Positions 25,965 to 33,682 of a stretch of DNA of 64,000 nucleotides are shown piece after piece (position 1 is the first letter of the stretch; the number at the start of each line of letters is the position of its first letter). The stretch is from contig JALNYZ010000009.1 of the NCBI GenBank assembly GCA_023229575.1, positions 69,581 through 133,580 on the forward strand. Reading direction: 5' to 3'. Below the pieces are notes generated by a model. It was not told where the DNA came from and ran no database searches. It was given only the letters and a program-made list of their open reading frames with translations. This DNA comes from Prolixibacteraceae bacterium (lineage in GTDB: Bacteria > Bacteroidota > Bacteroidia > Bacteroidales > Prolixibacteraceae). Made by a program: the position numbers and the translations under genes.

Positions 25965-27937
25965 AAAAGACTAAAAATCAAGCATGTATGCGATTACTGA
26001 CGGGTATTGCTTTATTGACAGTTCTGTTTTTTGGCGGCGCAAATCTAAGGGCACAAACGACAGGTTCAAGTTGTATCATCGATGTTTCGAAGCCAGGCGT
26101 CCAGGTTGCCCCAATTTGCAGGGGACAACAAATTGAAGAATTCAATTACCAGATTCAGGGAGGCTTGTATGCACAGTTGATCAACAACCCATCTTTTGAG
26201 GAACTGAAAGATCCAATAGCTTATTGGACGTTGGTAAAATCCGCATCATCCAATGGCAATCTGGTAAGCCAGGCTTCGGCTGAAACAAGCATGCTGAACG
26301 GCCATCAGGCACGTTGCGTTAAACTTGAGGTAACTTCAGTGGCTTCGGGAGATGTTGGTATGGCAAACAGTGGCTACTGGGGGATTAGATTAGACAATAA
26401 GACAAAATACAAAATTTCGTTCTGGGCCAAAGCTGGTACAAATTTCAGTGGTACCATAAAAGCTAAACTTGAAAGCAACGATGGTACCGTTTATGCACAA
26501 TCGGCAGACCTTAAACCGACCGTTAACTGGCAGCATTTTACCTGCGACCTGATCACCAAAGGCATTTCAAAGGTTACGGGAACCAACCGGTTTGTCATTT
26601 ATGCCACATCTCCGGGAGATATCTATTTTGATGTTGTCACATTGATGCCTCCTACCTGGAAAAACCGGCCCAACGGGCTCCGGCCTGATTTGGCAAAGAA
26701 GCTGGCAGATTTGAAACTAAAATACATACAATTTCCCGGAGGTTGCACAGCGGAATCAGCCAATATGGATTCGTGCTGGAACTGGAAGAATTCGGTTGGT
26801 CCAATTGAACAACGACCGGGTTCCACCAGAAACAGGTGGAACTATAAAAACGACCTCTATTTTGGGTTGGACGAGCATATGCAGTTGTGTGAAGATTTGG
26901 GGGCGGAACCCATTTATGTGACCTCCGCCGGTATCAGTGAAAATCCCGGATCGAAACGTTGGTGGGGACTTTGTCCGCTAAATAAGATGCAGCCAATCAT
27001 TGACGACATCCTGGATTTGCTTGAGTATTGCAAGGGGTCTACCGCAACGGTATGGGGGGCAAAACGTGCCGCAAATGGCCACCCCAAACCTTATAGTCTT
27101 AAATACATTGAGATAGGCAACGAAAATGGGGGGAATGCCGATACGGTATACTCGCCCCGGTATGCGATGATCCGAAATGCCTTACTTGCCAGGTATCCTG
27201 ATATCGAATTCCTTTACAATGGGCATCGTCAAACCAATGAGCTTTCGCATACGTTTGGAAATCCGGTTGATTTCGTCGATGAACATTTTTATTTAAAAGA
27301 CCTGTCGCCATTCTATAACAAATACGACAGCATCGATCCGGCCTGCAAAAAAATCTGTGTTGCCGAATATGCAACCTCCATCAAAGGAAACGGGGGAAAC
27401 GTAATTGGAAACTTCGGTGACGCGCTTGGGGATGCGGCCTTTATGCTGGGTTGCGAGAAGAATTCGGAGCGGATGTGGTGGACCGGATATGGCAATTATG
27501 CCGGCCTTGTAGGTCATGGTAATTTTGGGCCATGTATCGTTTGGAACGACGCAGTTTCGTGCTTTGCTTCCCCTTCGTATTATATGCAGAAAATGTTGTT
27601 CACGGATAATCCGGGTTCCCGTATTTTGCCTTTTGTTCAAAATACTGAAAACTGTTTCTGGTCTGCTTCAATCGCTTCTGAATCCGGCAAGAATGATATC
27701 CTGCTTAAAGTGGCCAATAAAAACAGCACTTCCAAAACAGTAAATATTACTTTAAAAGGAGCCGGCAAAGTCAATTCTGTTGGTCATTCTACGCTTTTGA
27801 CAGGGGCTTTGGACGCAGAAAATTCAATTTCAGAACCGGTTAAAATTGTACCTTCGACAGGTACGTTTACTGCTGGAAGTAGTTTTACTTATACATTCCC
27901 TGCCAATTCGGTTAATGTTCTCAGGATTGGGCTATGA
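25961..27937 (+). CDS. GH51-type alpha-L-arabinofuranosidase with N-terminal CBM-like domain
   Basis: GGLYAQLINNPSFEE, LKYIQFPGGCTAE, NWKNSVGPIEQRPG, YIEIGNENGG (acid/base) and ICVAEYAT (nucleophile region). Its start overlaps the GH3 stop (ATGA). Confidence 0.75.
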   Translation: MKKTKNQACMRLLTGIALLTVLFFGGANLRAQTTGSSCIIDVSKPGVQVAPICRGQQIEEFNYQIQGGLYAQLINNPSFEELKDPIAYWTLVKSASSNGNLVSQASAETSMLNGHQARCVKLEVTSVASGDVGMANSGYWGIRLDNKTKYKISFWAKAGTNFSGTIKAKLESNDGTVYAQSADLKPTVNWQHFTCDLITKGISKVTGTNRFVIYATSPGDIYFDVVTLMPPTWKNRPNGLRPDLAKKLADLKLKYIQFPGGCTAESANMDSCWNWKNSVGPIEQRPGSTRNRWNYKNDLYFGLDEHMQLCEDLGAEPIYVTSAGISENPGSKRWWGLCPLNKMQPIIDDILDLLEYCKGSTATVWGAKRAANGHPKPYSLKYIEIGNENGGNADTVYSPRYAMIRNALLARYPDIEFLYNGHRQTNELSHTFGNPVDFVDEHFYLKDLSPFYNKYDSIDPACKKICVAEYATSIKGNGGNVIGNFGDALGDAAFMLGCEKNSERMWWTGYGNYAGLVGHGNFGPCIVWNDAVSCFASPSYYMQKMLFTDNPGSRILPFVQNTENCFWSASIASESGKNDILLKVANKNSTSKTVNITLKGAGKVNSVGHSTLLTGALDAENSISEPVKIVPSTGTFTAGSSFTYTFPANSVNVLRIGL

Positions 27938-27973
27938 GCAGTGGTAAAATACTGAAAGCATCCCAAATACAGT

Positions 27974-28022
27974 ATTTTATGCAAATAGAGTGTCATGAAC
28001 TGGAAAAGCAGTAGTATTTTGA
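27974..28022 (+). repeat. 49-nt intergenic direct repeat, copy A
   Basis: ATTTTATGCAAATAGAGTGTCATGAACTGGAAAAGCAGTAGTATTTTGA is identical at 43 of 49 positions, ungapped, to 31321-31369. Confidence 0.8.
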
Positions 28023-28055
28023 TTTTTATTTTTTACATAATCTTGTTACTCACAT

Positions 28056-28871
28056 ATGGAAATAAGATATATTTGTACATATTGGGGCCAGGGGCATTTG
28101 CCGGTAAATGAATTTGTAGCTAAAGCAGTGGAAGCGGGGTACGACGGAATTGAGATTGGTATTCCAATTTATGAAAAATTCACATCTTCAGCATTAAGGG
28201 CTATTGAGAATTCGGGCGTCAGCTTTATCGCACAGCAGTATTTACAACCGGTAATAGAATCGTTTGACCGATACCGTGGTAGGTTGAATGAATATTTAGC
28301 TTTTTTGGCTGCATTAAATCCCATCTTCATCAACTCGCACACAGGAAAGGATTTTTATTCATTTGAAGAAAATGCTATTTTAATCGAGGATTGTTTCCGC
28401 TTTTCCAATCAGACTGGGATTCAGGTCTTTCATGAAACGCATCGTGGTCGGTTCTCTTACCACGCTAGCAACCTTTTGCCCTATATCGACAAATTTGAGA
28501 ACCTCAAACTTACTGCTGATCTATCCCATTTTTGCGTTGTTTCAGAAAGTCTTCTGGAAGATCAGGAAGATATTCTTGATAAAATTTTGGCCCGTTGCAC
28601 ATATATTCATGCCCGGGTAGGTTTTGGTCAGGCCGCACAGGTAAATCATCCATTTGCACCTGAATGGCAGACTACATTGGATCGTTTTGTAGGATGGTGG
28701 CAAAGAATAATTGAATTAGCAAAATCCAAAAGGAGTGGAATATTTTACATTTGTCCTGAATTTGGACCGGCTCCTTATATGCCGACTCTTCCATTTACAC
28801 AACAATCGGTTGCAAATCAATGGGATATTAATATTGAGATGATGAAATACCTTAAGAAGGAATTGAAGTAA
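28056..28871 (+). CDS. Xylose-isomerase-like TIM-barrel protein (sugar phosphate isomerase/epimerase family), cytoplasmic
   Basis: No signal peptide. Motifs AGYDGIEIGIP, FHETHRGR, ADLSHF and IHARVG follow the metal-ligand pattern of this fold. Confidence 0.65.
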   Translation: MEIRYICTYWGQGHLPVNEFVAKAVEAGYDGIEIGIPIYEKFTSSALRAIENSGVSFIAQQYLQPVIESFDRYRGRLNEYLAFLAALNPIFINSHTGKDFYSFEENAILIEDCFRFSNQTGIQVFHETHRGRFSYHASNLLPYIDKFENLKLTADLSHFCVVSESLLEDQEDILDKILARCTYIHARVGFGQAAQVNHPFAPEWQTTLDRFVGWWQRIIELAKSKRSGIFYICPEFGPAPYMPTLPFTQQSVANQWDINIEMMKYLKKELK

Positions 28872-28923
28872 TTTCCATCTGATATTCGGAATTTAAAATT
28901 TAAAATCACAGAAATATTGTAAT

Positions 28924-29700
28924 ATGACAGGCAAGTATAAAGTAACCCCCGAGCAAACAGCGTTTTTCAACGACCAGGGATATCTGCTGGTAAAGGATAT
29001 TATCTCGGCTGAAGAGGTTCTGCGCTACTCCGGGATTTATGATAAGTTTTTGGATGGAACCATTGATGCCGGGAAAAACCGCGCTGATCTTGGTATTGGT
29101 ATGGCAAAATCGGGTCAAGTGGAAGCCATTACGCAAATCATGTGGCCAAGTGATTTTATGCCGGCGCTGTTAGAAATGTCATTTCACCATCGGGTACTTT
29201 CCATTTCCCGTGATTTGCTTGGTAAGGATATGGACTTTGATTTTGATATGCTGATCAGTAAAGCCCCGGGTACAAATAGTCCTACTCCCTGGCACCAGGA
29301 TGCAGCTTATTGGATTAATATGCCAGATACGAGGGCAGTCAGTTGTTGGATGACGTTGGATGATTCCACCAAAGAAAATGGATGTATGTGGTATGTCCCG
29401 GGATCCCACAAACTACCTTTGCGCCCCCATCGATTTGCGGGGAAAGTTGGCGGAGCGCTGATGTGTGATTGTTCGGAAGAAGAGGGTCTGGCCATTGAGA
29501 TTAAGCCGGGTTCATGTATCTTTCATCACGGACATACCCTTCATTATAGTCGTGGCAACTCAACCCCTGGCAACCGAAGGGCTTTTATCATTAACCTCAG
29601 ACCTGAGACGATGATCGCTTTGGAACGTGAAAAGGGATACGACCATGGTCGGGGAGGCAATGCCGCAGACAGGCAACTGCGAAATCAAGAGATAAAATAA
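28924..29700 (+). CDS. Phytanoyl-CoA dioxygenase (PhyH) family Fe(II)/2-oxoglutarate oxygenase
   Basis: FFNDQGYLLVKD N-terminus, WHQDAAYW (HxD of the facial triad), a distal His in HGHTLHYSRGN, then RRAF. Confidence 0.8.
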   Translation: MTGKYKVTPEQTAFFNDQGYLLVKDIISAEEVLRYSGIYDKFLDGTIDAGKNRADLGIGMAKSGQVEAITQIMWPSDFMPALLEMSFHHRVLSISRDLLGKDMDFDFDMLISKAPGTNSPTPWHQDAAYWINMPDTRAVSCWMTLDDSTKENGCMWYVPGSHKLPLRPHRFAGKVGGALMCDCSEEEGLAIEIKPGSCIFHHGHTLHYSRGNSTPGNRRAFIINLRPETMIALEREKGYDHGRGGNAADRQLRNQEIK

Positions 29701-29771
29701 GATCCGTGCAAATCAAGGTTTTACACAAATTAGTTCACATTATAATTTTTACAACTTAATAAAATCAGGTT

Positions 29772-31301
29772 ATGCAAAATAATATTGTTTCAGGAAAAAA
29801 AAGGGGTGAAAGCCAACACATCGCATTGTTAAAAGTTTCAATGCCCCAATTGGCGGTAATAATTTTCTCTCTTTTCATTGCTACACTGGGTAGTACAGCG
29901 AATTCACAAGGCCAACAACTAAATATTGGTGTGGCTACAGCCGACATTACCCCGGTCCTGCCTGTTGCCCTTGATGGCCAGATGTATTTGCGGGTGGCAA
30001 AAGAGGTAGAAACCCCACTTTCGGCCAGCGTTTTGGTAATGGAATCCCGTCAGGGAAGTAAATCAATGGAATCTGTGGTTTTCGTATCCTGTGAATTGGT
30101 GGCGGTTCCTTCAGATTTATTGGCAATGGTTCGCAAAGAGGTGCACCAACGATTGCCAGAATTAGATGTGAATAAGATCGTTATGAATGCCATCCATACA
30201 CATACGGCCCCTGTTGTCAGGTATGGGCTTTATGATATCCCTAAGGAGATTACCCAAATTGAAGCCTATTACACCTTCTTCACAAAGCGTGTTTCAGATG
30301 CCATTGAAGAGGCCTGGAAAAGCAGGGCACCGGGCAGTATAACCTGGGGACTTAGTCAGGCGAAGGTCGGGTACAACCGTCGGGCAACCTATTCTGACAA
30401 CTCTTCAAAGATGTATGGAAAAACCAATCAGGATGATTTTAGGGGGATAGAAGGCTATGAAGACCAAAATGTGAATACCTTGTTTGTTTGGAACCAGGCC
30501 GGCAAACTTACAGCCGTCAGCATTGATGTTGCTTGTCCTGCACAGGAAGTCGAGCATAGGGAAAAAATCAATGCAGATTATTGGTTTCCTGTCAGAAATG
30601 CCTTGCGCAAACAGTTTGGTCCAAAACTTTGTGTGCTGGGTTGGATTGCGGCAGCAGGAGATCAGTCACCACACTTGATGTACGGCCAGGCTGGAGAGGA
30701 GCGAATGCGCAACCTGCGCAAACTGGACCGTTTGGATGAAATAGCGCGCCGCGTAGTAAATGCCGTTGAGGATGCATATGAAGTTGTTAAGTCGGATCGC
30801 CACAAGGAGATAAAATTGGTACATGAGGTCGAAAAAATTTCATTGCCAATGAGGATCGTATCGGATGCAGAATATGAGCAGTGTAAGATTGAGGTGAACA
30901 AAGCGAAGGAGCAAATAGCCAAAGATCCAAAATCATCCGACCAGCTATTCAGAAAGTTAAACTGGGAAGGAGATGTAGTCCGGCGATATGAGGAACAGAA
31001 AACCAATCCGCACCCAATGTATGATACTGAGATACATGTGCTCAGGATTGGGGATGTTGCTGTATGTACCAACTCTTTCGAACTTTTCACAGATTACGGC
31101 ATCGCTATTCAGGCACGGAGCCTGGCAGTGCAGACATTTGTTATTCAACATGTAGGCCCGGGAACCTATCTTCCAACAGAAAAAGCTGTTAAGGGCGGTA
31201 GTTACAGTGCGATCATAGAGAGTAACCTGGTAGGACCGGAGGGTGGGCAGATTTTGGTTGACCGCACAGTAAAATTGATTAATGGCATGTTTGCGCAATA
31301 A
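29772..31301 (+). CDS. Neutral/alkaline-ceramidase-like N-terminal-domain protein, paralogue 2
   Basis: Collinear with paralogue 1 over the full length, and more than half the positions look identical by eye. Shared blocks: IGVATADITP, NAIHTHTAPV, CPAQEVE, DYWFPVR, AAAGDQSPHLMY, HVLRIGDVAVCT, YLPTEKAVKGGSYSAI. An alternative start lies at 29841. Confidence 0.6.
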   Translation: MQNNIVSGKKRGESQHIALLKVSMPQLAVIIFSLFIATLGSTANSQGQQLNIGVATADITPVLPVALDGQMYLRVAKEVETPLSASVLVMESRQGSKSMESVVFVSCELVAVPSDLLAMVRKEVHQRLPELDVNKIVMNAIHTHTAPVVRYGLYDIPKEITQIEAYYTFFTKRVSDAIEEAWKSRAPGSITWGLSQAKVGYNRRATYSDNSSKMYGKTNQDDFRGIEGYEDQNVNTLFVWNQAGKLTAVSIDVACPAQEVEHREKINADYWFPVRNALRKQFGPKLCVLGWIAAAGDQSPHLMYGQAGEERMRNLRKLDRLDEIARRVVNAVEDAYEVVKSDRHKEIKLVHEVEKISLPMRIVSDAEYEQCKIEVNKAKEQIAKDPKSSDQLFRKLNWEGDVVRRYEEQKTNPHPMYDTEIHVLRIGDVAVCTNSFELFTDYGIAIQARSLAVQTFVIQHVGPGTYLPTEKAVKGGSYSAIIESNLVGPEGGQILVDRTVKLINGMFAQ

Positions 31302-31320
31302 TATATTGCATTAGAGTCCA

Positions 31321-31369
31321 ATTTTGTGCAAATAGAGTGTCATTAATTGAAAATGCAGTAGTTTTTTGA
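31321..31369 (+). repeat. 49-nt intergenic direct repeat, copy B
   Basis: ATTTTGTGCAAATAGAGTGTCATTAATTGAAAATGCAGTAGTTTTTTGA is identical at 43 of 49 positions to 27974-28022. Confidence 0.8.
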
Positions 31370-31547
31370 GAAACTACAGGCCATAACTTTGTTAATTCTT
31401 GTTAAAAAATGCAATGATCAGTTTTATATAGCCCTCTGATCACATGGGTTTGTAATTTAGACTGAATATTTGAACTTTTCCGGGAGTAATTTCTGAGAAA
31501 TAGTTAGCTTTATACTTTAGGGAACTAACTATCTTAACAAACGTCCT

Positions 31548-32156
31548 ATGAAGAAGCAGGATAACAACGACTATCATGCTATTTGGGAATCGTTTATAAC
31601 AAACGGCAATCATGAAGCCATAGGAATGATCTATTTTGGTCATTACGACTTGCTGTATAATTTTGGTTTGAAGTATACAAAAGATGTTCAGGTCATTGAA
31701 GATGCAATTCAAAATACCTTCGGTTATTTTCTTAAAACTGGCCGCAAACTAAGCCCCGTCACCAATTTACGCTCGTTTCTCCTTCAATCATTTCGCCATC
31801 GGTTGCTTCTCGAACTTAAACGCAGAAGCAGAATTTTTCACATGCATGCGATTGAAGCTAAAAACGTTGGTTCACACGAGCCGGAAGTCAATGAAAAAAT
31901 AGAACAGGAATGGAGCAGCTGGCTAGGGAAAAAAATTTCCAAATGCATGGAACGTCTTACCGGGAAGCAGAAGGAGATACTCTATCTGCGTTTCCAATGT
32001 GACCTTTCCTATGCTGAGATTGCATCCATGCTGGATATCACGGTCGATTCGTGCTACAAGATGACCTATCGTTCCCTCAAAGAGCTTCGGGAGGATATAG
32101 AAGAATTGGAATCCATCGGGCATCGCTTGATTATGTTTTTCATGATAAAATCCTGA
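31548..32156 (+). CDS. ECF-type RNA polymerase sigma-70 factor
   Basis: 202 aa. Region 4 HTH LTGKQKEILYLRFQCDLSYAEIASMLDITVDSCYKMTYRSLKELR. It lies upstream of a FecR/SusC(STN) set. Confidence 0.8.
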   Translation: MKKQDNNDYHAIWESFITNGNHEAIGMIYFGHYDLLYNFGLKYTKDVQVIEDAIQNTFGYFLKTGRKLSPVTNLRSFLLQSFRHRLLLELKRRSRIFHMHAIEAKNVGSHEPEVNEKIEQEWSSWLGKKISKCMERLTGKQKEILYLRFQCDLSYAEIASMLDITVDSCYKMTYRSLKELREDIEELESIGHRLIMFFMIKS

Positions 32157-32215
32157 AAGTTATTCTCATTTATTGATAGGCCCTCCTGTCGGCCGGCATA
32201 TAAATATTGCATTTT

Positions 32216-32257
32216 CAAAAAAAAACACTTTTTTTCAAAAAAAGGTGTTTTTTTTTG
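32216..32257. terminator. Long A/T hairpin, bidirectional terminator-like
   Basis: CAAAAAAAAACACTTTTTTT-C-AAAAAAAGGTGTTTTTTTTTG forms a stem of about 20 bp with one bulge and has T-runs on both strands. It starts 60 nt after the sigma stop. Confidence 0.45.
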
Positions 32258-32414
32258 TCCAGATTTCATTTTTGCCTGACTCTTATACTAAACTAAGCTT
32301 ATCAGATACAAAACACATCCCGGTAAACCGGAACGAATGAGAAAACAATCAGCCATAAGCGGATCGGCTATACCGATCTAAACTATTTGATCTTAAAATT
32401 CAAAATTTTAAAAA

Positions 32415-33578
32415 ATGAACCTTAATCGTTTCAACTCATATAGTGCAGAGGATTTTGTTATCGATGAAATATTCTGTGAGATTGTTGGTGGGGGTACACC
32501 TGCCGTTCAAAATCTAAAAGAACAGTTTCCATTTAAGAAACATGAGATTGATTTAGCTGTAGAGATGCTTAACAAACTGCAGAGTTTGGAATTTCAACAA
32601 TCTCCTGAAAAAAAACTTGAGCAGTGGGACCAAATTCTTAAAAATAAGCGAAAATCCATCAGGTTCACGATTTTCAGGATTGCGGCCGCTGTGCTTTTGA
32701 TTATCGGAAGTACCGCCATCGCCTATTATCAACTGTCGAGACACTCCATTATCAACCAATTAGCCTCCACAAAGGAGGTTAATTATGCAAATGCAAGGTT
32801 GATCTTGGTTGACGGAGAGCAAATCGACATTGGCCAAAACCGGCCAAATATTAAATATTCAGCCGATGGGGCCGGTGTTTTAGTCAATGATTCAACCGAA
32901 AAGCGGCAATCGGTCAATACGGATGGGTTTAATCAGGTCATCGTTCCCTTTGGTCAACATACCTATTTAATCCTGTCTGACGGAACAAAGGTTTGGATCA
33001 ACTCGGGATCACGCCTTGTTTATTCCCCGGTTTTTAAAGGGAAAAGCAGGGAAGTTTTTTTGGAAGGGGAGGCCTATTTTGAAGTTACGAAAGACGAAAA
33101 TAAACCTTTTTATGTTGGAACGAATGCATTCCGTGTAAAAGTATACGGAACGAAGTTCGATGTACAGGCTTACAAACAAAACAATGAATACAATACCATT
33201 TTGATGGAGGGAAAAGTAAGTCTTGAAGCAAACAAGGGTGGGATAATGGCGAAGGAACAATTTCTTTACCCGGATCAAAAGGCCACGCTATCAGATAATA
33301 AGAAAGATTTTCTTGTTTCTGAAGTCGCCAATATTGAAAACTATACCGCCTGGAAAGATGGATACCTGCTCTTTAAAAATGAGGCTTTTCAATCCATCTT
33401 AAAACGGGTATCCCACTATTACAATGTTGATATTGAACTTAATGATGAGATTCAGGTTAGACGGTTGTCCGGAAAACTTGACTTAAAAGAGGACCCGGAA
33501 AGGGTACTGGAAGGTTTGGCCTTAATTTCGAAAATCCGTTTTGTAAAAACCAATAATAAATATCGTTTTTATGAGTAA
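32415..33578 (+). CDS. FecR-family anti-sigma factor
   Basis: Single TM (IFRIAAAVLLIIGSTAIAYY) and a FecR/DUF4974-type periplasmic part (EGEAYFEV, V.VYGTKFDVQAY). Confidence 0.85.
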   Translation: MNLNRFNSYSAEDFVIDEIFCEIVGGGTPAVQNLKEQFPFKKHEIDLAVEMLNKLQSLEFQQSPEKKLEQWDQILKNKRKSIRFTIFRIAAAVLLIIGSTAIAYYQLSRHSIINQLASTKEVNYANARLILVDGEQIDIGQNRPNIKYSADGAGVLVNDSTEKRQSVNTDGFNQVIVPFGQHTYLILSDGTKVWINSGSRLVYSPVFKGKSREVFLEGEAYFEVTKDENKPFYVGTNAFRVKVYGTKFDVQAYKQNNEYNTILMEGKVSLEANKGGIMAKEQFLYPDQKATLSDNKKDFLVSEVANIENYTAWKDGYLLFKNEAFQSILKRVSHYYNVDIELNDEIQVRRLSGKLDLKEDPERVLEGLALISKIRFVKTNNKYRFYE

Positions 33579-33596
33579 CTAACCGTTTTGTAGATG

Positions 33597-33669
33597 AAAA
33601 AACCGGTTAATGGTCGAAACATTAACCGGCTAAAGTAAATCATGCCGCTAGGCAACATGTTTAATTAAT
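33597..33669 (-). ncRNA. Candidate cis-antisense sRNA (DonS-like) opposite the susC 5' leader, locus 2
   Basis: 10-bp hairpin CCGGTTAATG/CATTAACCGG (33603-33629), followed by TTTTTT on the minus strand only. The minus-strand box TACTTTTG (33683->33676) overlaps the susC ATG in the same register as at 16421-16428. Confidence 0.35.
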
Positions 33670-33682
33670 TCAATTCAAAAGT

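Noticed and set aside
31440-31712. 90-aa minus-strand ORF overlapping the start of the ECF sigma gene
   Set aside because: It overlaps a motif-supported sigma gene and the A/T-rich promoter region, and it has no features of its own.
32066-32269. 67-aa minus-strand ORF (MKSGQKKTPFFEKK...)
   Set aside because: It is generated by the poly-A/poly-T hairpin. The low-complexity Lys/Phe run is a translation artefact of that structure.
33594-33638. 14-codon ORF (MKKPVNGRNINRLK) spanning the hairpin in the FecR/susC gap, considered as a leader peptide
   Set aside because: The equivalent ATGAAAAAG at locus 1 (about 16324) hits a stop after three codons, so a conserved peptide is not supported. What the two loci share is the hairpin orientation.
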